From a virus, in IMG/VR virus record IMGVR_UViG_3300045988_164075: 64,000 nucleotides of DNA; one strand, written 5' to 3'. Below the pieces are notes generated by a model. It was not told the origin of the DNA. It did not search any database and worked only from the letters and a program-made list of their open reading frames with translations. Both the position numbers and the translations under genes were made by a program. The first letter of the stretch is position 1. Every line of letters starts with the position of its first letter. Below are positions 41,837 to 54,400 of the stretch, one piece after another.

Positions 41837-42778
41837 CATGGTGTTAGCTGTATATTTCTATACAGATCAGACTATATCTTATCTTAATATATTATTCATT
41901 AAGACCTCTCCATTTCCACTTTTTCAAGTGTACCTTCGACAGTATTTTCATCTGTCTCTTTTAATAACTTCATATATTTTTCACACTCTATTTTATCAGG
42001 AATTACCTTATACATCATATGGGGACACATATAAGGTTTAATTATTTCTATTAGCTTTCGTCCTTCTCTAGCGCAAAAACTAATTATATAAGATTGTTGT
42101 CGTTTATCAAAAACCTTTGTAGGATATAAATCTCACTCAGTATTAAAATATTTAATTATATCCTCAGCTTGTTCTAATTTGCAATAAGTAGATATAGTAA
42201 TATAAAATCCTGCATAAACTCTATCTCCATTTTTATTAATTCTAGAACGTCTTGATAACGAACCGTCGTCCATAATTCAAATTGCTAAACCTTGAGGACC
42301 AAGTCTTTTCAATAATTTACTATTATATTTTGTTCTTCCGTTTTCATACTCAACTCTTCGAAGAACTTTACAAAAATCTGATACAGAAGTTTGAAATCCG
42401 TATCTAGTTACTACTTTACCTTTAGAATAACCATTTACTTGTTCTCATTCTCTAAAAATACCTACTTTAACTCCATTATCCTTAAGTAGTTTTCATTTTC
42501 AGTAACAGTATTCTTTTTGTGCTTTGCAATGATTTATATTTAAATAACCTTTTGTATGTATATGTCCATCCCCAATAGACATAGCAATTATTAAATTTCT
42601 TCCTGTTTTATTTAAGCGTGTTTTTAATTGTTTCATACTATTAAAGTCGAATTATTAAGTTATTAATATTAGTCGTTGAACCTTCCATTTTTATATGGCT
42701 TGGCTGCTGATTGTCTTCGCCATAACGCGGTCAGAGTTTCCAGCAATTAAAAGAGTTTTAATACGACATGATAAGTTT
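41837..42778 (-). mobile_element. group I-type intron carrying a LAGLIDADG endonuclease gene, inserted inside the DxDxD motif
   Basis: The upstream exon ends WMEGSDYD and the downstream exon starts IDKQY. The minus strand has gctggaaactctgacc...gacaatcagcagcc, ggttcaacgacta and gatatagtctgatctgtatagaaatatacag. It ends in G. Confidence 0.75.
41899..42636 (-). CDS. LAGLIDADG homing endonuclease (two-motif)
   Basis: Hand translation with TGA=Trp gives 245 aa with LIIAMSIGDGHI and LAIWIMDDGSL. It contains 5 in-frame TGA and lies in a different frame from the host exons. Confidence 0.8.
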
Positions 42779-45700
42779 ATCGTAATCGGAGCCTTCCATT
42801 CACGTAACTACTTTAGCTACATAAACATCATTTACTTCACTATCTGTAAATATTACAATCTCCATAGGAGCAAATGACTGCATTGATTGTGACGGTATGC
42901 GAGTACCTACATGAAGTAAAGACTTTTCAAATGCTTCATATTGATTAAACGCTAATTGTTTTATTCTTTGATTAAAGTTATATATTTCATTTTGATTTAA
43001 ACTTACGTAACTAATATCTGCTGTTGGATTGATTTTAGCTTCATGTAAGTTTCCTTCACTATCTCTAGTATGTAAAGCAATAGGAATATTATTTTCTATA
43101 TTGTAACGAAATTGATAAGGTAATAATTTTTTAGTATTTTCGCTAGTATAATTAAATTGATATGTATTAATTAATCCTGATTTTCTTAATTCACCTAATC
43201 GATCTATAGAATTTATAATAATTAAATCATGAACATTTCCATTTGTATCCGTATACTTATAAAATTGTTTCTCATCATTTGTTGAAAATTCTTTTTCATT
43301 ATAGTATACAATATTATCAATAATTTTAAAATCAGGATTTGGAGTAATACTACCTGTAAATGCTTTTGGAACTTCTTCTGTTCTTAAAACTTTTACATAG
43401 AATTGTTTTCCTGTTCCATCAAATAATACAATATCATATGTTAATTTATCTGGATTTCCAATGTTATAGTTACTTTGCATTCGATTATAAAAGAAATTTT
43501 CTTTTTCTTGTCTAATCTGAGCAATAGAGTCTCCTTTTTGCAATCCAAATTGTTGAGCTTGCCTTTTCCCCATTACAATTTGAGTTGGAGTAACATTAAC
43601 ATTAGATACTTTAACAACTCTAACATTTGGATTAGTAATACCAAAAGCAGTATTATTAATAATAGATTGATTGTCAGCTAAACTATTTAGTTGTAATTGT
43701 ATCTTTTGTTGTAAATCAGATAATAGACTATCTATGTTTAACGGTATATTATCGATTGGATGTAAACCTAATGCAGATGATAGTAATGTTTTTTCATACT
43801 CTGTTAAATCCTCCCAGTTCTTTAATTGTTTTCTACGAGAACTTAAATAATAAGATGCTCTTACTGCATCTAAGTCATATATACTAAAACGTTTATTTAT
43901 TTCATTTCCAAATCCATCTAAGCCTACAACTACATCAAAAAATGTATTTGACTGTTTTAGATTTTTAGGTTTAATTGTTCAGTTATAGTATTGTTGTCCT
44001 AAAGTTGCTTGGTGCTTATATAAATCATATTTTTCTAAGGAATCGATTTTAATAACAGTAGGATTATCTTCTTCATTAAATATTACAATTGTATCTTCGA
44101 AATCAATATCATTTGGCTCAATTGGAATTATAAAAGGATTTATTTCTCCATCAATAATAGGTTCTGTTAAAGCACGTTCAACTTTACTTTTTATAATATT
44201 TCCGTTTTCATCGTATAAATGATCAATACCTTTTGTATTTACTAAATTATATAATTCTTCATACTGATAATTAAGTCCATCAATATTATAGTATTGAATC
44301 ATATTATGAGAAGGAACTAGTACAGATGCTATACCAGAATATTTACGTCTAATTCCACTTTTAACTAAGTTAGATGTTGTAGTAGCAATAAAAGCTCCAT
44401 TAATTGTTGCTGCGCTAAATGGTAATTTATAATCTAAATTTGCATTTTTAAAACTTTCATTAGCTAAATAAACAAATGATTGTGCTAACCCTAAAGTATC
44501 TTTGTCATCATTCATAAAAGCTTTAATTAATGATCTACCTAATATAGTATACAGTTGATCTTTATCTTTAGCTTTAATTGTTTCTGACAAATCATTCATG
44601 GATTCTTTAACAATCTGACCAATTTCTTTATAAATCTGAGTTACTAACTCATGTGTAAATCCATTTTGCTCTAAAGCACTAATCATTTGCGTCATTTCAG
44701 TAACCTCTGACATGTCTAAATGGTGGTCAGCGTTCATTTGAACTCCTCCAAACTTAGTAGACATTTCAATAGTAGTAAATGCATCAGAGTTACTTCATTT
44801 ACTTGAATCATTTATATTTCCTGCTCCAACTTTGATTGCAGATTTATTAACTAAATAAGCAATAAACTTATCTTTTAATTGCTCTTTGTTAACAATATTT
44901 TCAAGTATATCAATATTAGATTCAGAATATTCTAAACGATTTATGTCTTCATTAAATTTCATTGCTCAAGATCCACCAAATACTTGATCAATATCGTATA
45001 ATGTATTTATTATATGAGTTGTCTGAATAGTATTGTTTGTTTCTAATCCATTAGATTCAACTTCAGTTAGATCTCTAACAACTTCAATTAATCCATTCGG
45101 ATCTAAAATCGTTTTGATTGAATTTATTTTATAATATTTATTAGTTCGAATATCTTTAAAATATATAGGATCAAATGTATTATAATAATTTTCTAAAATA
45201 ATAGATTTGTTAATTGGAATACTATGCATTTTTTTAAAGATATTTTCTAATGAAATATCTGAACCATAAGAAATACGTCTTCTTTCATTACTTATATCAA
45301 AAACAGCCCATTTTAATAAAGTTGGTCTACCATACCGAGAATCGATATCATGCATAATAGTTTTTTTATCGCGCCCAACTCTTGCATCTAAGAGTGAATT
45401 ATTTTCTGCTCTAGATTCAAGTGGACTTGATAAACCAGATCCATCCATAGTATCTAATCCAGTATTTTCATCTCCTAACATATTTCAGGCTGTTCCCGCT
45501 TCATCGTTAATTACAGCAATTTTAATATTTGAAGCAACTCCATTTTCTAAATTTTGAGCAAATGGATGGTAAGTAGCTCCAAATATTACCATACGTTTAT
45601 ATTGAGCAATTAGTCGATTAGCTTCACTAAATTCAAAATATTCTTTGCTATCTAACTTTCCATCTTTGTTTTTATTCGGATGTGCATAAACACCTCCTAT

Positions 45701-48463
45701 CATCATATTATTATACTCATTTGATAATAGAGTATCAGTAATAAAATATGATTCTAAAATGGGATTTAGTTTAACTTTTCATTTTGGATTAAGTAAAGCA
45801 TCAAAATCAACTATTTTATTGAGATTAATTCTTTTACCTTTTTCATCAGTTACTTCAGCTAATGTAATTTCTCCATTTCTTTTATTAACTAATGATTTAA
45901 ATTCAGGTTTATTAAATGTTTGAGAAATAAAACTATCCTGATTAATATTTAAATTAAAGTTATTTACAAGTAAGTCCTTTAGGAATTTTCTTTTTTCTCT
46001 ATCTAAACGTTCTAACGTTTTATTTTGATCATTATAGACTTTAAAAAAGTTTTTAATAGTTTCGTTAGTTCGAGGGTATTTACTTAAGGCAGTTTTATAT
46101 GCATGTATATCTAAAAAGAAATCAACTCCCTTAGCATTAAATGCAGATTGAATACTTTTTAAACTGTGATTATATTTCGCAATGAATTCATCAATCTGTT
46201 CTAATGATGTAAATTCTGTATCAAAAGCAAGACTATAGTCAAACAATATATTCTGAACTAATGCATTTATTTGGTTTTTTCTAGTTTCTCCTAAAAGATG
46301 ATATAAAGGATCTAAAGTTCCATCTCCTTTTAAATAGTTATTTAAAATTTCTTTAATGTTTACTTCTCCTAGAGAAGTATTGATGGTTTTACCTATATTA
46401 TATGTTATTAGAAAATGTTTATTTTTATCAGAAAAAGTAGTCGGTTGTAAATAAATTAATCCCTCTAAATTATCTACTAGATTTTGATAAAAATCGTGCA
46501 TGATAGATAATCTTGCAACTTCACTAACTTTTAAATTAGCAGGTTTTTTAATTTTTCCATTAATGTTTATATCCGATCGAATTCTAGGAGATAATAAAAA
46601 ACCGCTTTCAATATTTTGTACTATTAAATTATGTGCAGCTACATTATTTGGATGTTCAATTGTTTCTGTAGGTGGATTAATTAGTCTATCAAATATTTCG
46701 TTATGATTATATACCAAACTAATAATTTGATATAATGGCAAGTTATTTCCCTCTGCATTTTTAATAATATTAATAGTATCCGAACCATTTGTTACACTTA
46801 ATACATTAGCTACTTTTCATATATCTTCTGTAAATGGAACTAAATTAACAAGATCGTGTTCTTTAGTTAAAATATCACTATTGTTTCCATCTAATAACGT
46901 CGTAGCTAACAATGGAACAAATAGTTCTGTTTTTGTATATTTTTCAACAGGATATACCTGAGGAATAATTTCAGCTATATTTTCTGGAATTATAAAAGAC
47001 ATAAAGTTATATATCAGATCGTTCAAAGATTGATCATTAATTTCTCCAAACGATCTATATATCATTTTGCCATTTTGATTTAATTCATAAGTAATAGTAA
47101 ATGTAATAGGTATATTATCTATAATAGATTCAATAACAATTCTATCATTACCTATAGTAATTCCGTACTGATTTAATTTTTCTTTAAATAAATCAGGATT
47201 AGATCTTCAATAAAAACCTGATGCCTGAATTAAACTTCTAATATCGTATGCTTGCTGCGATACTGGTCGTTCTTTTAAATCTCTGCTAGCAATTGTCTTT
47301 TTTTGTGGATCAAAGCCATATGCTGTATATTGCGATGGCACTGTTTTAAAAGCCATTTGAGTAAACATAGCTTTTATTTCAGAAGACATTTGAGGCGAGT
47401 ATATAAATTTCTTAATACCTCGTAATTTATCTAATAAATATGTTCTATAATTTTTAGATATAATTCGGTTTGAAAGTATATTATTTATATATGCGTCTAT
47501 TAACACAGACATATCTGCTTTAACTCCTTTGTTTAATTCTGAACGATATTCTATTAAATTTTCATTTTCTTGAATAGTCTTAATAAGTTTTGTCATTACA
47601 GAATTAAATCCTGTTAAAGTAATACTAGTATTATCTATTTCTAAACCAACTGCATTTACTTCAGGAAAGTAGTCTAACAATATTTTTGATAAATCACTAG
47701 CATGGTCTTCCGCGTTTGTATCTTCATTAGTACTAAAGCCAGTATAGTGTATTACATTAGGACCTCTGTATATATAACGATCTACATAAGACGAATTTGT
47801 CTTTGTATATTTTGGATTAATAGTAATAAACGGAATCTCACTCTGCAATAACTTATCAAACTGAGTTAAAATTACATATGCGTCATATGCATTATTAAAA
47901 GCACTATTACGATCAATTAATTCTGAATTAAATACAGTTTCAAAATTAGTTAATATTTCTGAAACTCTATTATCAAAATTTGCAAGATTCTCTAAATTTA
48001 ATGTTATAGATTCAGAATTACCTAAATATTTTGAAATATTAGAAGCTAATGTTTTTTTATAATTTAAAATAGAATCATTTAAAAAAGTGATATCAAATTC
48101 TTGTTTCTTTTCATTAGCATTAATAAACTCTCCAGAATATCTATTAAATATAGAACTTTCGATTAATTTAGCTCGAAATTGTCTTAACATATTTGAATAC
48201 TGTCCATTATTTCCGATGTAAAAATCAGGAGTAGAATCAGTTTCTGTATTTAATTTTAATCCTAGTTTATTATCTACTTGATCTATGTTATTAATAGTTA
48301 ACGGAGAGGTGCTAATAATAGCACCTTCCGTAAACATATTATATAACCTATCTGAGTCATTAAAGAATTCATCTAGAAACTCTTTAAATGATTCAGGTTT
48401 AGTTGTTTGCATCCGTTTTACTAACGGCAAAAATTTTGCAGAGTAATTACATTTAGCACTCAT
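42779..48463 (-). CDS. giant RNA-polymerase-like protein, exon 1 (1895 codons)
   Basis: ORFs 47207-48463, 46817-, 45779-, 45485-, 44966-, 43979- and 42800- are all in one frame and are joined through TGA. It ends in GSDYD. Confidence 0.75.
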
Positions 48464-51400
48464 TATTCTTTAATCTTTCTAATAAATAATTTTGAACATA
48501 TTCATCTAATACAAGCAAGTTTTCACCTAATAGTTCAGGTTGTTTAAATATTTGATAATACATATTAGCTGTTTCAGCAGATATTTCTTTATTAGAAAAT
48601 AGATCACTTAAATAGTTTGTTATAGACTTTCTTATATTAGAAGGTATTATATCTTTAATACTAATAAAGTATTCATACATTTGTTTATAACTGTTAAATG
48701 AATCAAATCTAAGTAATTCTCACTTATTATTGATCTTTGTTATTGTATACCCACTAGTTTCATTTTGCAAAGATATATAAAATGGAATAAAATTCAAAGT
48801 ATATGTTGGATTATCCTGAATCCGAACAAAATTATTTGAAGGTAAATTTGCGTTTTCTAATTTATTTTTAATTAGATTATCCATATCCTTTACAGTAATA
48901 AGCCTATATTCACCTGTTATAGAATCTATTTCTATTTGAGAATATGTGATATCGTTAGTTAAACGTTTTAATCTATCATTAATTTTTTCAATATTTTGAT
49001 TAATATCTAAACTAGTCTCAGGAGATAGATTATTTTCTTTTAAAAACGTATTAAATCTATTTAATTGTTCAACTTGTTCTTTTTGTTGATTAATTTCTTC
49101 TTGTTGAATAGATGTTTTAATAATTTGTGTTTTATCAATTGCATATATAGGTCCATGAAATTTAGATATATCTACTTTATAGTCTTTACGAGGATCTGTT
49201 AGGCCAAATATGTATCGAGTAATTGGTTCTTTAGTCTTGTGATCCTGTGCATAAATGCCATTTTTAAATAGACTAGAAGTAGACATAATACTATTCAGAA
49301 TATCTAAATTTTCAACTCCTGTAGATAAAGTATCTAATATTTCATTTGCTGTATGTTGTCATACAGAATTAACAGGAACTCATTTATATGTTCCATTAGA
49401 TTTTATATATTTTTGATAATTGTGTTGAGCTAAATAAGTTTGTAAAGTTTTGGGATCAATATGTTCTTTAAAATCTAATCCGTACATATTTCCTATTTTC
49501 TCAACTAATAAATAAATATTATCAATCGAATTACTTGAAACAGAAGTTATTTTCTCATCAATACTTTTAACTTTTTTATTGTCGAGACTATATAATACAA
49601 ATTGATCATACTCTTGTTTTACTAAGAATGATTTTATTTCATTTTGTCCAGTATCCTTATTTAAATAATTTAATGTAAACATAATTCCAGGAACTCTCCT
49701 ATAACTATTTTCCTTGGGAGTTCTATTAGACGAAGTATCTCGTTCTTTAGTTATGTGTAATCTTAGGTTATTAAATAAGATTTTTCTTATTTCTGAATTA
49801 GATTTTGCTAAGTTTAATATTTCTGTTGTAATTTGCCCTGCTCTAGTAGCGTAGACAACTTGATAATCTTGTCGAGCATGTTCGTTATAAATAGGGTTAG
49901 TTGATATACCCATTTCCTTAGCTTTTTCTATCTCTATACTTCTTTTTGCTATTTTAGCTCTAGACTCGATAATAATTTCAGATAATTGTTTTACTTGTTG
50001 AACTCCAAATAATACAAAACGCGCGTCAGACTGGACTAAATATGTAACATTGTTTTCAGAATCTAAAGTTGGATGCATATCCTTCTTAAATTCCATACTA
50101 TTAAGCATAAGATCACTACTAATTAAACCCATTGCCTTACCAGTAATTGCTTTTGCAACGGTGCGAGTGCGTTCATCTTTAATAGAATCTAACTCTTCAT
50201 CTTTAACTACAAAGGTAATATAATAGGGAAGTATTGTAAAATAATTATTAGCATTTAAATTATAAACGTCTCGATTTACTATACCATCAGAATCGTACGT
50301 TATATCTTGAATCATTTTAATGTCGCCATTATAATCTCCAAAACTATTAATAGTTAAAAGAATTGGAATACGTACATTTCGAACTCCTTTATTATCGTTA
50401 ATTGATATATCAGCTACTAATAAGCCTTGCTTACCTCTATTATATGGAACGATCTTTAACTTAGCGTCTTGTAACGAATTAACAATAGCTTTGTTTTTAT
50501 CTCTATTACTAGGTGCTAATAGATTTAATGAAATTTCTAGACGATTTTTTGTTTGATTATGTGTTTTATGATGCCCATGTAAAAAATAATTTGATAAACG
50601 ATAAACATACTGTATATACTTTGATTTAGGAATAGATTTTCTAAATTCAAATTGTTTATAAATAGAATTATCATTCTCATTTACATCATAGTCTCATAAA
50701 TTATTTGTAAATCAATCTAAGGTTAAATCAGATTCTATTGTTATATCTGTATTACTTGGTCTTAATAATGGAGCACTTTTTACAATAGAAGTAGTCTCAT
50801 CAGTTTTAGAATAAACTTTTGGTTTAGATTCTAAATTTGTTTCAGAAACAGTATCTTCAATTGCATTCTCTAGTGGAACTTCTCCTGACGGAACTGTATT
50901 TTGAGATGATAATTGGGTTTCGTTTAGATTACGTTCACCAATATCACTATTAGCAATAGTTGGTTCTGATTTTTGAGATTTATCAATAGGAGTATTTACT
51001 ACTGTAGGTTGATTCTCCTTTTGATCTTTATCAATTGTTGTTTGAGCAATAGGAGTTTCAGGCGTAGAAAACTCTGGTTCATAAGTTAAGTTAGAATATA
51101 CTGGATTACTTTCAATATTTAAAAGCGATCGTAGTCTTCAATTTTTAAACGCATCAATATCATTTTGTTTAATTTCAATGTTATTATTAACCGTTTCATC
51201 AAACTGTGTAGTTATATTTAAAGTATTTCTAAGATATTTATCGCTATCTAATATAACTGATCCTAGTGTTGAACGTTGTGTTAAAGTATATAGATTACGT
51301 AATGTACCTCACTCTTGAGCTTTATTTCTTCATTCTTTATCAATAACAACATAGTCAAATTCAGATCCTTGAACTGCATCTAAATTAATAACTTTAGCAT

Positions 51401-54400
51401 TTTGTGGCAATCCTGTATATTTTTTAGGATTATCTGTTATGATTGCTATATCATTTGATAAATGTGATAATTTGTTAATATAGTCTAAAAGTTGATCATT
51501 TGTATCTACAATTTTCTCTCCAACAAAAGTATTATTGTTTTCGTAATATTCTAATTTAATTCCGCTATTTCAATAAGATTTTGTATGATTCGACAACTGG
51601 ATTGAATCAATATCGGGATTATCTTCATAGTATTTAATTCCTTTTTCTAATATTGCATTTAATGTTATATAATTATCATTTTTTGCAATATTATTTGGAC
51701 GTAAAGTAGCGGTTAGATTTGGAGATTTAATTAGATATGTATCTTCAATCCCTCCAACTACAGTTTTTGAATTAATTGTAATTATAGAACTATCTTGTTT
51801 TTTATCTCCAAATGCATATACCATTACATTATTTGTAATAGCTCAATTAGATATTAATTCTAATTCAGGGCGAGTAAAATGACTTATCTCATCAATAAAT
51901 AAAATTTTATTTGGAGTATTATCAAATAAACTAGTTACCTTTGGAATTATAAAGTCTTTTAATGTGATATAATCATTATGTAATTCATAATCGTCGGTAG
52001 TTAACTCTCTTCCAAGGATAGCTTTAATAAAATCAGCTTTATTAAATATTTTACTATTATCTGCTTTAATTGAAGTTGCTAACTTACTAGCTTGCTCAGA
52101 AGTTGGGGCTAATGAAATAAAGGAACTTGTTTCATTAAACAGTGTTTTTAATAAATAACCTACAGCAGTAGTTTTACCTGTTCCTGCTCCTCCAAATGTG
52201 CAATAAAAATTATATAGCTTTAATTTATTTTTAATATAGTCGCTTAAATTTGGATCACTTGGAACTAAACCATTAATAATTTTATTAAATAGTTCCTTGT
52301 TGTAATTCATTGCGTATCCGATTCTTACAGCATGTTCCTGTGAAAAAATTGGAATTTTATCAAACTCATCACTAGATATAATTGGTTTTAGAGCTGCATA
52401 AAAATTTTGGCTCGGAGTAATTATAATAGATGCTAAATACATTAATACATCATAATCAGTTATAATATTATCATTATTAGTATTTAGATCAGTAGATTTT
52501 TGTTTATACAACTCTTTATCGTCAAATAATGCAATTAATTTATTCGCTAAATCATCATTAGTAAGTTTCTGTTCATAAATTGTTTCAAATACCTCTGTCT
52601 CAAATTTAATTGCCGAATCCTCAAAAGTATTAAAATTTTCTTCAGTAACTTCTTCTGTGGGTTTATACTTATTTCAAATTTCATTTAAATTAATATGAAA
52701 CATATCAAATACTCTTTGTTTAATAAGACTATTCTCATTTGTTAAAGAATTAACAAATAATTGTTTCATATTAATTGTAATATCTTTTTGAACACGAGCT
52801 TTTTGTTCTTGATTTTTCTGTGATACTTCGAGTAAAATATTTAGTTTATTTTCTAATAATTCAATATCGTTTGATAGATTATAAAATGTTTCAAAATCAA
52901 TTTCAGGTAAAGATAAATTTCCTAGGTATTTATTAATAGAATTATTTATACCTTCTCCATCAAAGTTTACACTAGCATTTAATATAGATTTTATTCCTTT
53001 AAGAAATAATAATAATTGTTCTAATTGAGTTTTAGCGTTTTTATCCTGAATAATATAATCTTTAATGTTTTTACTTGCTATAAATTTGTTATGTTCATTT
53101 GCAATAATGTTTAATAATTGGCTAGGTTGCCCACCTAAACTAATTGCAAATACATTCAATAATTCATATATAGGAGATGCCTTAACTTGGGATCTAATAT
53201 TATAATATTCATTTAAATATTCATCTAAACGATAAGTTCCAATTCTTGGAAATACATAATTAAAGAAATCTTCAATTTGATTTTCATCTAAATCAGTTTG
53301 TTCTAATTGATTCCTTATTTCAGCAAATTTAGATAACACTTGTTCAGGATCCTCATCTAAAGATGCTTGTAATTCATCTAACAAATTATTGAAGTTTTCA
53401 TATCCAGTTATACTATAGTCAAATGAAACTGGATTTCCCATTAACTCTAAGTCGGGATTATTTTTATATAAATTTTGAAGTCAGGTAATATAACGTTGTT
53501 TATAAGACAAACTATTTTCGTCTTGCTGTTTTTTAACAGAGCGTAATAAAGTTAATACGTCTAAATCTCCAAAATCTGCTGATAAATTATTATTTTTTAG
53601 ATAACTATAAAAATTTAATATTGACTGAGCATAATTATCTATATCAGTTGTTGTAGATGATATTGGACGATGTAATATATCTTGTCCTTCAGTAGATATT
53701 GGATTAGTAATAAGTAATGCTGTATTTTCAGTATATTGTTTTTGAATATTCTGGAGTATTTCTTTTTCCGAAATTAGTCTATTTATTTCCTCAGAATTTT
53801 TTTCCTCATTACTTTTAAGTTCCTCTATTTTAGCATTAATAGCATCTAAGTTATTTGCAATTCTACCTAATGTAGAATAACGTAAACCGTATATATTATC
53901 TGCAACTTTTGTTTCGTCATTTATTTTTAGTAGAGAGTCTTTTAACTGTTGACTTAAATTTAAAAATAAATCGTATGCTTTATAAACTTTAGCTTTTTCA
54001 TCTAATTGCGTATACGCACTAAAGTTTTCTTTAGCTGTTTTTTGTAAATCTTCATTTAGTAAATCTAAGTCTTTTCCATACATGGTTTTTACATAATCGT
54101 GCAGACCCATATTTACAAATGCCTGATTTATAGCACTATTAGTTGCAAAAATAGCTTGTCCAAAATAATATCCAGTACGTTCTCCATTTAATATAGCGTC
54201 TCTACGTGCACGTAAATTATTGATTTCTTGATTTAATTTTTGTATTTCTAAATTTTGTGCATTTTGTTCTGCAATTGCTTTTTGCGTTTCATTAGTAATA
54301 GGAGTGTTTGGAGTAGGTTGATTTAATTTAGATAATTCTGCAGATTTACGAACAATTTGTTCTGTAATGTTATTAAAATCACTAAATATTTGTGTAGTAA

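Noticed and set aside
14123-42778. Recurring 10-25-nt blocks (gatatagtct, ctatatagtaatatatag, gacaatcagcagc) considered as a CRISPR array or dispersed regulatory repeat.
   Set aside because: They are not regularly spaced direct repeats. They always occur in the same order inside the inserts that interrupt conserved genes, which fits ribozyme core helices of related introns.
26891-48463. Inteins as the explanation for the inserts in PolB, NrdD and the RNAP-like gene.
   Set aside because: Each insert brings stop codons (TAA/TAG) in the host frame within a few codons. The endonuclease ORFs are in other frames or have their own starts. The boundaries follow the U|...G| group I rule rather than Cys/Ser...Asn intein junctions.
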